Below, piece by piece: positions 9,097 through 16,383 of a DNA stretch of 51,012 bases. This stretch comes from Escherichia phage tonn. Each line of letters starts with the position of its first letter. Within the stretch, counting starts at the first letter, position 1. The stretch is taken from the sequence record NC_049815.1; one strand, 5' to 3'. Position numbers and translations under genes: made by a program. The notes beneath the pieces were generated by a model. The model saw nothing but the letters and a program-made list of their open reading frames with translations. It did no database searches and was not told the DNA's origin.

Positions 9097-9282
9097 TCAC
9101 CACTCAAATTTCTGTTTGTCTCTGATGATCTCGTAAATTGCTAACCACACCCAAACAAACCAGAAAGCGAGAACGATTTTATCGTCCTTGTCTGTCGCGC
9201 CAGAATATTTCACAAACGCGCGGAACGTGAATAAGCCTGAAATGTAAAGAAAAACAACCAAAAAAGCAAGTAACAAAATCAT
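9097..9282 (-). CDS. small membrane protein
   Basis: 61 aa, two hydrophobic helices. Confidence 0.45.
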   Translation of the reverse strand: MILLLAFLVVFLYISGLFTFRAFVKYSGATDKDDKIVLAFWFVWVWLAIYEIIRDKQKFEW

Positions 9283-9542
9283 TTATTTTCTCCCTCTACT
9301 ACCAGAGTGTAAAGCAGAACAGGCTCTACCATGTCGCGGCGGCGCGGCTCTCGTGGCGAATCGAGCCATGCGCATTTCCCGTTTGACACAATATGGCCTA
9401 CCAGGTCACTAATTTTTGATATTCCATCTCGACGGATAACGTTGTACCCAATATCCTTGCCGTCAATAGAATGGATAGCAAAGAAGCTAGGCTCGCCGTC
9501 GATAATGTCTACAGCTTTAAAAAACTCGATCTTGTTAGCCAT
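9279..9542 (-). CDS. hypothetical protein
   Basis: 87 aa ORF with RBS GAGGA. Confidence 0.5.
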   Translation of the reverse strand: MANKIEFFKAVDIIDGEPSFFAIHSIDGKDIGYNVIRRDGISKISDLVGHIVSNGKCAWLDSPREPRRRDMVEPVLLYTLVVEGENK

Positions 9543-9600
9543 GATTTAATCCTCGTTTGTTGTTGATGGGCTTACTATACAGCAAGCCCGATGATCTGTT

Positions 9601-9621
9601 TTTTGCAAAAAGTGCTATTTA
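9601..9621 (-). promoter_or_regulatory. 21-bp intergenic motif copy (AAATAGCACTTTTTGCAAAA) with TATAGT downstream inside a hairpin loop
   Basis: motif match. Confidence 0.5.
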
Positions 9622-9776
9622 CGAACGCATAACGCTGTTACATCCTTCCCACTATCTGACATGTGGAGAATAACTTGCTTTCGCGCTTCCTGGCATCTTG
9701 ATTCGCCGTGGAACTCCTGCGACTCAATAGCTGCGGAGTTGTAACTTGTGACAAAGATTAAAAGCAACCAAGTCAT
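9615..9776 (-). CDS. small ORF (53 aa) with N-terminal hydrophobic segment, ATGA-coupled to phosphatase gene
   Basis: manual translation MTWLLLIFVTSYNSAAIES...; stop is the TAG of the motif copy, as for many neighbouring genes. Confidence 0.3.
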   Translation of the reverse strand: MTWLLLIFVTSYNSAAIESQEFHGESRCQEARKQVILHMSDSGKDVTALCVRK

Positions 9777-10327
9777 TTTAAACACTCCACGCCGTGAGAT
9801 TGCAGGTGAGCGTGCGGCTTGTCGTATTCAGTGACCTGATAGGTTGTGATCCCCAGGCTGCGGAAGTGCTTAACAACGTTCGGAGAATCGTCAAAGGCGC
9901 AAACAATATTGTCCAGGCCAATATCGCGCAAGGCTTCTTCTTTAATAACCGTATCCTTTCGGTTGTCCTCCTGGCGGCGCATGATGATTTCGTCAAACTT
10001 CACGCCGTTCTCATTCAACCATTTGCATGTTTCATAGCGCACTTCGTCGCTGCGTCCGGTCAAGATGACGATGGCAAATCCCGACACCCACAAACCGTTA
10101 ATAACCGCGATCGTGCTTTTAATCGGTGAATCTCCGGCGGCGGCCCTGTTAAATTCGCTCCACGATTCCGTAAGGTGTAAGTTTTCAGTTGGCAGCAAAT
10201 GCAAACGATGCGATCCGTCCGATAGTGTGCCGTCCAGGTCAACGATAACAATCGGCTTGCTGGTGATTAATTCGTACTTCTTGCCCCATAGTTCGAAAGT
10301 GTATTTTTTCATTATAAAACCTATCAA
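9773..10327 (-). CDS. HAD-family phosphatase, T4 Pnk 3'-phosphatase domain-like
   Basis: 184 aa; DLDGTL motif I and C-terminal RQEDNRKDTVIKEE / AFDDSPNVV blocks closely resembling the T4 polynucleotide kinase phosphatase domain (from memory). Confidence 0.7.
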   Translation of the reverse strand: MIGFIMKKYTFELWGKKYELITSKPIVIVDLDGTLSDGSHRLHLLPTENLHLTESWSEFNRAAAGDSPIKSTIAVINGLWVSGFAIVILTGRSDEVRYETCKWLNENGVKFDEIIMRRQEDNRKDTVIKEEALRDIGLDNIVCAFDDSPNVVKHFRSLGITTYQVTEYDKPHAHLQSHGVECLK

Positions 10328-10545
10328 TTAAAATGGATTTGCTTGTATTCTATTTCATCTGCCAGATCATTTAACTTATCTGCCAGCTTGCGCACTTGGT
10401 CAACGGTAAGTATCGACCTAAAATCCGGCCTACGCCCACCTTCAAACGTGCCATCAATAAAAACTCGATCGCCAAACTTGTATACATCAATCGCGTCGCC
10501 GTGGTTATCAGTAAACCTGTGCTTGACGCGCTTATTTGTTTTCAT
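10324..10545 (-). CDS. hypothetical protein
   Basis: 73 aa ORF. Confidence 0.5.
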   Translation of the reverse strand: MKTNKRVKHRFTDNHGDAIDVYKFGDRVFIDGTFEGGRRPDFRSILTVDQVRKLADKLNDLADEIEYKQIHFN

Positions 10546-10777
10546 CTTTCACTTCCTCAAATTCCGCGTCTGTAATCTGCTCAAACTCGGCAACTACGTT
10601 TTCAAACGCAACGATCTCTGTTCCATTCTCGCCGTTAAGGTAAAACTTGTATCCGTTGTTGCAGTGAACATGATAAGAGTGACCATCTCTTGTGTCCTTC
10701 TTGCCCTGGTACACCTTGCCAGGCGTGAAGAATGGTCTATTGCTCTTAACGCAAAGAAAATTGTTTTCAATGATCAT
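10532..10777 (-). CDS. small protein, member of intragenomic paralog family
   Basis: 81 aa; shares F.PG..Y...FLNG..GT...AEFE pattern with 10774..10995. Confidence 0.5.
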   Translation of the reverse strand: MIIENNFLCVKSNRPFFTPGKVYQGKKDTRDGHSYHVHCNNGYKFYLNGENGTEIVAFENVVAEFEQITDAEFEEVKDENK

Positions 10778-10995
10778 TGTTTCACTTCCTCAAATTCAGC
10801 CATTACCATAGCGTGTGCCATAACCTTAGTGCCTTCGCCGCCGTTCAGGAACATGCGATGCCCCTTACTATTGCTCACGTAAAAAGATCCGGTTGATGAT
10901 TTCAGTTTTTTCGCTGTATAGATTTCGCCAGGCTTGAACATACCAGAGCAAGCATAGTTAACGGAAACGCATTTCATCTTCTTTTTAATGTACAT
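10774..10995 (-). CDS. small protein, paralog of 10532..10777
   Basis: start moved to ATG at 10995 (GAAGGAG RBS); listed longer ORF would run into the promoter cassette. Confidence 0.5.
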   Translation of the reverse strand: MYIKKKMKCVSVNYACSGMFKPGEIYTAKKLKSSTGSFYVSNSKGHRMFLNGGEGTKVMAHAMVMAEFEEVKQ

Positions 10996-11049
10996 CGTTT
11001 TATCTCCTTCGTTGAAAGTAGGGCCATTATACCTGGCCCCACATTTGAG

Positions 11050-11071
11050 TTTTAACAATTCGTGCTATTTA
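11050..11071 (-). promoter_or_regulatory. 21-bp intergenic motif copy with TATAAT 21 bp downstream inside hairpin GGGGCC..GGCCC
   Basis: motif match; TAA of motif is stop of upstream gene. Confidence 0.5.
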
Positions 11072-11962
11072 CACTTTGACCTTCCACTTAACCATCGTTC
11101 CGCGCTTAATGCTGATCTCACCTGCAATCGTCCGGTTTTTATAGCCGCCGTAGTGAAGCAGAAGGATAACAACGTCATCATGAATCTCGATCGTCTTTGG
11201 TGTTGCCGTTACTTCATACCAGGTGCCGTCATCAAGCCGGACTCCTTTTAGAGTGGCTGCAACTGGCATATCTTCAATTGCGCCCTGCGTTACGATTTCT
11301 TGATTTGCAAATGCGCTCTTGTCAATGCGCCAGCCTCCAGGCGCTTTCATTTCGGCAGCCGCTTTGTGGATCTCATCGCCAATGATTTTTTGAATTGACG
11401 TCTTACCGCCGCCGAATGGAGTTTCTCCAAATAAGTGTTTTGTAATATCTTCCACGTAATACACTTTATCTTTTTCGTTGTGCGGATTGTATCTATTGTG
11501 ACCGTTGACAAAGAAATCAACTTTCAACTCTGATTTCGTACCATCGCTATAAACGCCATTGTCGCGCGATGTGAATCGAATCGTTGAATTACCAACCGTG
11601 TAGAACGTGATCGGATACTTGATATTGTCAACACTTAAGCACCACAGCTTTTTATAGTCGCATGTTTTCATCTCGACCATCGGAATCTCTGCGCGTTCCG
11701 GTGAGCGCACTGGCAACACCTGGCCTTTATATGGCTTGTAGTGGAAGCTGGTATATCCTGGCATTGCATAGCCATAGTCTTTAAGTGCGTTGTACTGCGT
11801 ATTGTGCGCATCAATAAAGTGTTCAATCTCCATGTCTGATGGGCTTAGTTTGTCGCTATTCATATCAACCTTATGGCATGTTTTTTCATCGGTAAAAATG
11901 TAATGACCAATGCCGCGAGATTCGAAGGTGATCGGGAATTTAATGTCAGCAAGTTTTAACAT
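11069..11962 (-). CDS. hypothetical protein (297 aa)
   Basis: long ORF with RBS GGAGAAAG; no recognisable motif. Confidence 0.55.
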   Translation of the reverse strand: MLKLADIKFPITFESRGIGHYIFTDEKTCHKVDMNSDKLSPSDMEIEHFIDAHNTQYNALKDYGYAMPGYTSFHYKPYKGQVLPVRSPERAEIPMVEMKTCDYKKLWCLSVDNIKYPITFYTVGNSTIRFTSRDNGVYSDGTKSELKVDFFVNGHNRYNPHNEKDKVYYVEDITKHLFGETPFGGGKTSIQKIIGDEIHKAAAEMKAPGGWRIDKSAFANQEIVTQGAIEDMPVAATLKGVRLDDGTWYEVTATPKTIEIHDDVVILLLHYGGYKNRTIAGEISIKRGTMVKWKVKV

Positions 11963-12041
11963 GGTGCTTTCTCCTGATTGGTTTTGTGGGCGACGCCGTG
12001 CCGCCCTATGTGATTTATTATGCCTGGTTATCGTTTTCGAG

Positions 12042-12063
12042 TTTTAACAAAAAGTGCTATTTA
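12042..12063 (-). promoter_or_regulatory. 21-bp intergenic motif copy with CATAAT 22 bp downstream
   Basis: motif match. Confidence 0.5.
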
Positions 12064-12246
12064 GAATTTGACCTCTTCCACAAGCTCAACCATCTTGTAA
12101 CCAAGACGATAAGAGTCACCGAACAACAAGATCCCCATAAATTCATCGTGGATTATTGACTCCTTGCCAACCGTTCTAAGCTCGCCGTTGTGAATCACAG
12201 TATCGCCGATCTTGATTTCTGACTTATGGACTAGTTTCGTTTTCAT
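12061..12246 (-). CDS. hypothetical protein
   Basis: 61 aa ORF. Confidence 0.45.
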   Translation of the reverse strand: MKTKLVHKSEIKIGDTVIHNGELRTVGKESIIHDEFMGILLFGDSYRLGYKMVELVEEVKF

Positions 12247-12261
12247 CTATTCACCTGCTAA

Positions 12262-12447
12262 TTAAAAGAACGCTACATAGTTTGCAATGCCTTTGGCGTC
12301 ATCGTTTGGCATTGCTTTTACAGCCAGGTCATAACCTGCCTCTACCTTCTGCTTTGCTGTTTCTTCGTTGTAGCCCCAGATAACCAGGATTTTAACTACG
12401 TTTTCTTTGTTCAGGACTTTAAGGTCTTTGGTGATGCGACGTGCCAT
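12262..12447 (-). CDS. hypothetical protein
   Basis: 61 aa ORF. Confidence 0.45.
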   Translation of the reverse strand: MARRITKDLKVLNKENVVKILVIWGYNEETAKQKVEAGYDLAVKAMPNDDAKGIANYVAFF

Positions 12448-12504
12448 TTTTGTTTCCTCAATCTCGTTTCGATGAGGCTATTATGCCAGGCTTTGCGCCT
12501 GGCG

Positions 12505-12526
12505 TTTTAACAAAAAGTGCTATTTT
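12505..12526 (-). promoter_or_regulatory. 21-bp intergenic motif copy with hairpin CCAGGC-n5-GCCTGG and CATAAT
   Basis: motif match; leader contains CATCGAAACGA. Confidence 0.5.
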
Positions 12527-12792
12527 GTCTCTACGGTCATATGTTCTGTCTTCGTGCCTTTGCCATTGCTTTTCGACACTTCCCAGCTAGTCGTGCCCTT
12601 ACAGTTGGTGAAGTAAACAGTGCGATCGTCATAGAATCGGTAAACGGTGCAACCGTCAGCGGTGAATAGCTCCCTTACGCTGTAGTCATCGCCAGGGTTA
12701 GCCATCTGCACATTGCCAACATGCGCGCCATCTTCTTTGCATCCGGTCAGGAATGCCATTGCCGCCAAAACGCTGATTAATGCCTTTTTCAT
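12520..12792 (-). CDS. lipoprotein (signal peptide with lipobox LTGC)
   Basis: MKKALISVLAAMAFLTGC N-terminus; ATGA overlap with upstream gene; second gene of the consensus-promoter operon. Confidence 0.55.
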   Translation of the reverse strand: MKKALISVLAAMAFLTGCKEDGAHVGNVQMANPGDDYSVRELFTADGCTVYRFYDDRTVYFTNCKGTTSWEVSKSNGKGTKTEHMTVETK

Positions 12793-13250
12793 TGCTCTTC
12801 CTCTTTGATGATTTCGCGGATCATATCCTGGTAGCGGCTTACGCCCTCGCAAGCCCCAGCCAGTTTATCCCCTTCCAGGTCAACGATATTCGGGATTGCT
12901 GCCAGTAAGCGATCGGCAAACTTTTTGATCGCCCTTGCCTTGATTGCTGGCAATTCTTCGGGTGTGATGATTTTCCTTTTCGATTCGCGCACCATGCGGA
13001 AAACGTAAAATTTATCATCTTCCGTTTCCTCTACCTTGATGCTTACCCGACCTGCGGCCCTTACTTCTGGAACGCGGTTGATAATGGTCCGGCTGTAGGA
13101 TGAACTGCGCGTGATCTTGTAGCAGTCGTCACCGCTTAACATTCCGGCCAGGTCAATTAGTGACATTTTATACTCTTCAATATCGCCACTAGCCAGGCGG
13201 CGACCAAGCTCGCGAAGCCAATCGCAATAGTCCTTAGTGGTCTTCTGTTC
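12789..13250 (-). CDS. hypothetical immediate-early protein
   Basis: ATG at 13250 with GGAGGAAAGGAA RBS, just downstream of consensus promoter. Confidence 0.5.
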   Translation of the reverse strand, partial: EQKTTKDYCDWLRELGRRLASGDIEEYKMSLIDLAGMLSGDDCYKITRSSSYSRTIINRVPEVRAAGRVSIKVEETEDDKFYVFRMVRESKRKIITPEELPAIKARAIKKFADRLLAAIPNIVDLEGDKLAGACEGVSRYQDMIREIIKEEEQ

Positions 13251-13284
13251 CATTTCCTTTCCTCCAGTTGTTGACTGTTGGCGC

Positions 13285-13312
13285 ATTATAAAAGCTATTT
13301 GGTGCGTGTCAA
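13285..13312 (-). promoter_or_regulatory. consensus sigma70 promoter TTGACA-16-TATAAT (leftward early promoter)
   Basis: perfect -35 (13312..13307) and -10 (13290..13285) hexamers on - strand with 16-bp spacer. Confidence 0.6.
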
Positions 13313-13419
13313 TGTTTTTGTTGTATTCAAAACGTTACCAATATCGAAAAACTACAAAATCATGCGCAAGTTATTGATTTCAGGGCTGTTATTTTTCTGT
13401 TCACGCTGTTAACGCAATC

Positions 13420-13630
13420 CGCCGGAAAAAGTATATATACATATGCAATCCGCCGCGCGCGCAACTATCCATATATACCCACACACAACCACACCATAAC
13501 CAACAAAAAGCACTGTAACAGTGAGAACAAAAAGAAAACATTATAGATATATATAAATAAATAATCTTTATTTTCAATGTATTATAAAGGATTTTTTTTG
13601 TTTTTTCCGTTTTCGATACACCGGAAAACC
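13420..13630. repeat. AT-rich noncoding element, copy A (homologous to 34036..34280)
   Basis: shared ordered blocks CGCCGGA..TATATACATA, CACAAACAACCAAAACCACAA-like CA-rich run, ATAAATAAATAA, TCGATA(A)CACCGGAAAAC. Confidence 0.55.
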
Positions 13631-13748
13631 GCGCGGAAACACGCCGCCTGAAATCGGTAACAGGGGTGAACAAAAGACAACAACCGCTGACAGCCAGGCG
13701 GAAAAGTGAGGCAAGAGGGGAAGGTTTCACTATCTCCCCTGCAACCAA

Positions 13749-13840
13749 TGATTAAACGTGATTACTTTTCTCATCAAATTTGCAAAGGCAATCATCATTT
13801 TGACGAGATTTGATTACGAATGATTACTTTTGATTATTTC
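13749..13840. repeat. iteron-like direct repeats of TGATTAC(TTTT) (5 copies)
   Basis: TGATTA at 13749, 13759, 13811, 13821, 13831. Confidence 0.5.
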
Positions 13841-13865
13841 GATCGCAATCCTGGCGATAACCGTC

Positions 13866-13886
13866 AAATAGCACTTTTTGTTAAAA
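13866..13886 (+). promoter_or_regulatory. 21-bp intergenic motif copy (rightward) with TACATT 22 bp downstream
   Basis: exact AAATAGCACTTTTTGTTAAAA; leader CATCGAAACGAAC at 13917..13929. Confidence 0.5.
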
Positions 13887-13946
13887 CCCAGGCCGCCTGA
13901 TCGGGTACATTACACACATCGAAACGAACCGCTCAGGAGATAGTAA

Positions 13947-14219
13947 ATGAACATCAGCAAAACCACTTTCAATTTCGCTAAGCGTCACGGTCTGGATCTG
14001 ACTGTTGAAGATTTTGGCGATGTTCTGCAACTCTGCATATGGGAAGCAGATAACGATTGCGAGTGGCTTTGCTCTTATCGCATTAACTACGATTGCTTGA
14101 CCTGGCACTGCAATATCTATCTGCCGCAAGAAGTGAAAGAAGAATTGCCAGCGACTATCAACAACGAAGTTTTCTTGCGCCAGGTGCTGAAATTTATCAG
14201 TAAGGAGATCAAGAAGTAA
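13947..14219 (+). CDS. hypothetical protein (Cys-rich)
   Basis: 90 aa; GGAGATAG RBS. Confidence 0.5.
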   Translation: MNISKTTFNFAKRHGLDLTVEDFGDVLQLCIWEADNDCEWLCSYRINYDCLTWHCNIYLPQEVKEELPATINNEVFLRQVLKFISKEIKK

Positions 14220-14485
14220 TGGCGGTGATTACCGAAAATGATTTGGATCTGGCGGAGGCGTTTTGCAGGGCCGCCAGGGCTAACCTGGATGTGACCACTA
14301 AATTTCTTCCGGCGCGACCACTCTTTTCGTGTGCGCCCGTGAATAAACCGACTCGCGTAATGATCGTGATTGAAGGTGATGGCCTGTACGCTGAAAAGAC
14401 GTTCCACATCAGCAACATTAAGGGCCGTGCTGATTTTATCAATGATGTTTGCTTATTGCAGGAGAAGAAAAAATGTTGGATGTGA
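14219..14485 (+). CDS. hypothetical protein
   Basis: 88 aa; TAATG coupling with upstream gene. Confidence 0.5.
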   Translation: MAVITENDLDLAEAFCRAARANLDVTTKFLPARPLFSCAPVNKPTRVMIVIEGDGLYAEKTFHISNIKGRADFINDVCLLQEKKKCWM

Positions 14486-14682
14486 TCAAGAAAGCACATG
14501 AGATGGGTATGGATGTTTCAATCTGCGACGCTTCCGCGCGTCACCCGTCAGCGCCTGAAAATATGGTTGTTGTCATCGTGCATAATCACCGCTATGAGTG
14601 CCGTGCGATGTTTGAGAAGCAGGATAAAGAGTATCAACGCTGTTTTATCAACGAAGTTTGCGATCTGTATGGGAGGATCTGA
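14473..14682 (+). CDS. hypothetical protein
   Basis: start set to ATG 14473 (AGGAGAAG RBS). Confidence 0.45.
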   Translation: MLDVIKKAHEMGMDVSICDASARHPSAPENMVVVIVHNHRYECRAMFEKQDKEYQRCFINEVCDLYGRI

Positions 14683-14683
14683 A

Positions 14684-14896
14684 ATGTTCAAGAAATTGTT
14701 ATGGCTGTACCGCTCCAGGCGCAATAAGGGATATTGCATGGGCACGGAAAGGAATCTTGACCGCGCTTATAAATACTGCCTGTTGTTGCTCGCCAGTCTG
14801 CCGGAAAACAGGAAGGAATATATTGCACTGCGAGAAATAACAATGCGGATATATAGTTACCGCAATAAACTATACGTCTTTAAATCTTTACGATAA
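14684..14896 (+). CDS. small basic protein
   Basis: ATG 14684 with GGGAGGA RBS; 70 aa. Confidence 0.4.
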   Translation: MFKKLLWLYRSRRNKGYCMGTERNLDRAYKYCLLLLASLPENRKEYIALREITMRIYSYRNKLYVFKSLR

Positions 14897-14908
14897 GGAG
14901 TAATAACC

Positions 14909-15172
14909 ATGAAAATTAATGCACCTATTCCAGTTAAGCGCAAAGCACGTTTGCTCAATAACGGGTGTTACGCCCTGCGGCCTGCATTTAAGGATCGCAC
15001 ATTTCCGGTTATCGTTAACGTGTCTCACGTAAGCCGTAGCGGAAATCTGGTATTCGTTAAAGGTGAAGATCTGGCGGCGCTTGGATTCTATGGCGGTGTT
15101 CACGGCGAACCGCTCGGATTCTGGCTTGTGGATCCGTTAACTGGAGAGCGTGAAATCGAATTCCTGGACTAA
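14909..15172 (+). CDS. hypothetical protein
   Basis: 87 aa, TAAGGAG RBS; stop TAA is first triplet of motif copy. Confidence 0.5.
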   Translation: MKINAPIPVKRKARLLNNGCYALRPAFKDRTFPVIVNVSHVSRSGNLVFVKGEDLAALGFYGGVHGEPLGFWLVDPLTGEREIEFLD

Positions 15173-15191
15173 ATAGCACTTTTTGTTAAAA
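15171..15191 (+). promoter_or_regulatory. 21-bp intergenic motif copy with TATAGT 22 bp downstream in hairpin loop
   Basis: exact motif. Confidence 0.5.
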
Positions 15192-15247
15192 ACGATGCGC
15201 TGCTGATTGGTATAGTAAGCGCATCGACAACAAACGAGGATTTAAAG

Positions 15248-15445
15248 ATGGAAAATCAGGTTGATGTTAAAGTTGTTAAGCGCGACAAGTCTCACGAAAA
15301 AGGTTTGTTTAAGAAAGGTGCTGAAATCACCATTGACCTTGATGATATGGAGGCGTACCACTCAGGGCTAACTTGGAATGTGCGCAAATGTGAAAACGGC
15401 CTGTTCAAGTTAAATGGCTTTGAAACATACATGGAGATCATCTAA
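15248..15445 (+). CDS. small protein (possible paralog family member)
   Basis: 65 aa. Confidence 0.5.
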   Translation: MENQVDVKVVKRDKSHEKGLFKKGAEITIDLDDMEAYHSGLTWNVRKCENGLFKLNGFETYMEII

Positions 15446-15657
15446 TGGCAAAGCAATTAAAAATTAAATGCGTAGAAACTTATGACTCAACTTGGAGATT
15501 TACGCGCGGAAAAGAATACCCGCTAATGGGAAATCTCAAAGAAGATCCTCATGTAATTTCAGATAATGGCCTTCACCTTTATTTAATGGAATACAACGAT
15601 GGATATATTGGTGCTGGTGTTCCAGGTCATAAATTTAAGATGAAAAATAAGAAATGA
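15445..15657 (+). CDS. small protein (possible paralog family member)
   Basis: 70 aa; pattern FTRGKEY...NG..LYL similar to 10532..10777. Confidence 0.5.
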   Translation: MAKQLKIKCVETYDSTWRFTRGKEYPLMGNLKEDPHVISDNGLHLYLMEYNDGYIGAGVPGHKFKMKNKK

Positions 15658-15765
15658 GGCTATTTATTTTCAAAAATGCCTGGATGGTAGCGGTTGCAAA
15701 TGACCATTACGGCGGCGACGGAAAAAGAGCACGACGCCATTCATATTTCAATTGAGGATATTTAA

Positions 15766-15993
15766 ATGAAAGCAAAAGTTTTAAACATTATGGCAACTAT
15801 TGACGCTCATCACCGCGTGGCTGTAAAACTTGATAAGTCTTGCGGAATTAGCCAAATCACTATCACCGAGGGCAAAGGCGGCTATCTTATTGGTATCCAT
15901 CCAGGCGGTAAGGTGCGCAAATACAATAAAGATCAGTTAAAAGAATTACTGGAAGAAAACGCTTTCTATATTCAAAGTTGGCGTGCTCTTTAA
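15766..15993 (+). CDS. hypothetical protein
   Basis: 75 aa; followed by hairpin GGCGGC-gtttt-GCCGCC. Confidence 0.5.
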   Translation: MKAKVLNIMATIDAHHRVAVKLDKSCGISQITITEGKGGYLIGIHPGGKVRKYNKDQLKELLEENAFYIQSWRAL

Positions 15994-16034
15994 TTAATAT
16001 GGCGGCGTTTTGCCGCCTTTTAAATGAGGTGGAA

Positions 16035-16151
16035 ATGATAGATAAGGCTATTGATTTCTTTTTTTATTCGATTATTGGCGCGGTTGGCTTTTTGGTTACT
16101 GCTGCTGGCCTGGCTATTATCTTGGCTGTTATTAAGGGGATTATGCGATGA
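16035..16151 (+). CDS. small hydrophobic peptide (38 aa, one TM helix)
   Basis: manual translation MIDKAIDFFFYSIIGAVGFLVTAAGLAIILAVIKGIMR; GAGGTGG RBS; ATGA overlap with next gene. Confidence 0.3.
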   Translation: MIDKAIDFFFYSIIGAVGFLVTAAGLAIILAVIKGIMR

Positions 16152-16372
16152 GTCAAGACGGATTTTTTGAGCGCCTTCAAATGGCAGAAGATGCCGGACT
16201 AAATAAAGAGGCGGCGCTTGAAGTGGCATATAAAATTAAGCCTCTTGATGAGGCTTTAGGTGATATGGATATGGATCTTGAATCAAGCGCAATATTTGCA
16301 GATCCCACTATGATTGTTAATGATTGTGGATGCGATTTCGATCCTGGTTGTCCGCGCTGTTTTCCGTTTTGA
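16148..16372 (+). CDS. small acidic Cys-rich protein
   Basis: 74 aa; C-terminal CGCDFDPGCPRCF cluster. Confidence 0.5.
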   Translation: MSQDGFFERLQMAEDAGLNKEAALEVAYKIKPLDEALGDMDMDLESSAIFADPTMIVNDCGCDFDPGCPRCFPF

Positions 16373-16383
16373 GGTAATGACGA

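Noticed and set aside
11069-11962. 297-aa protein as an RNA ligase partner for the Pnk-like genes
   Set aside because: No KxDG nucleotidyltransferase motif I or other ligase motifs recognisable by eye; left as hypothetical.
13401-13748. 115-aa ORF on the - strand inside the large AT-rich gap
   Set aside because: Lies entirely within the repeat-rich noncoding control region, has low-complexity composition and no RBS; more likely regulatory DNA than a gene.
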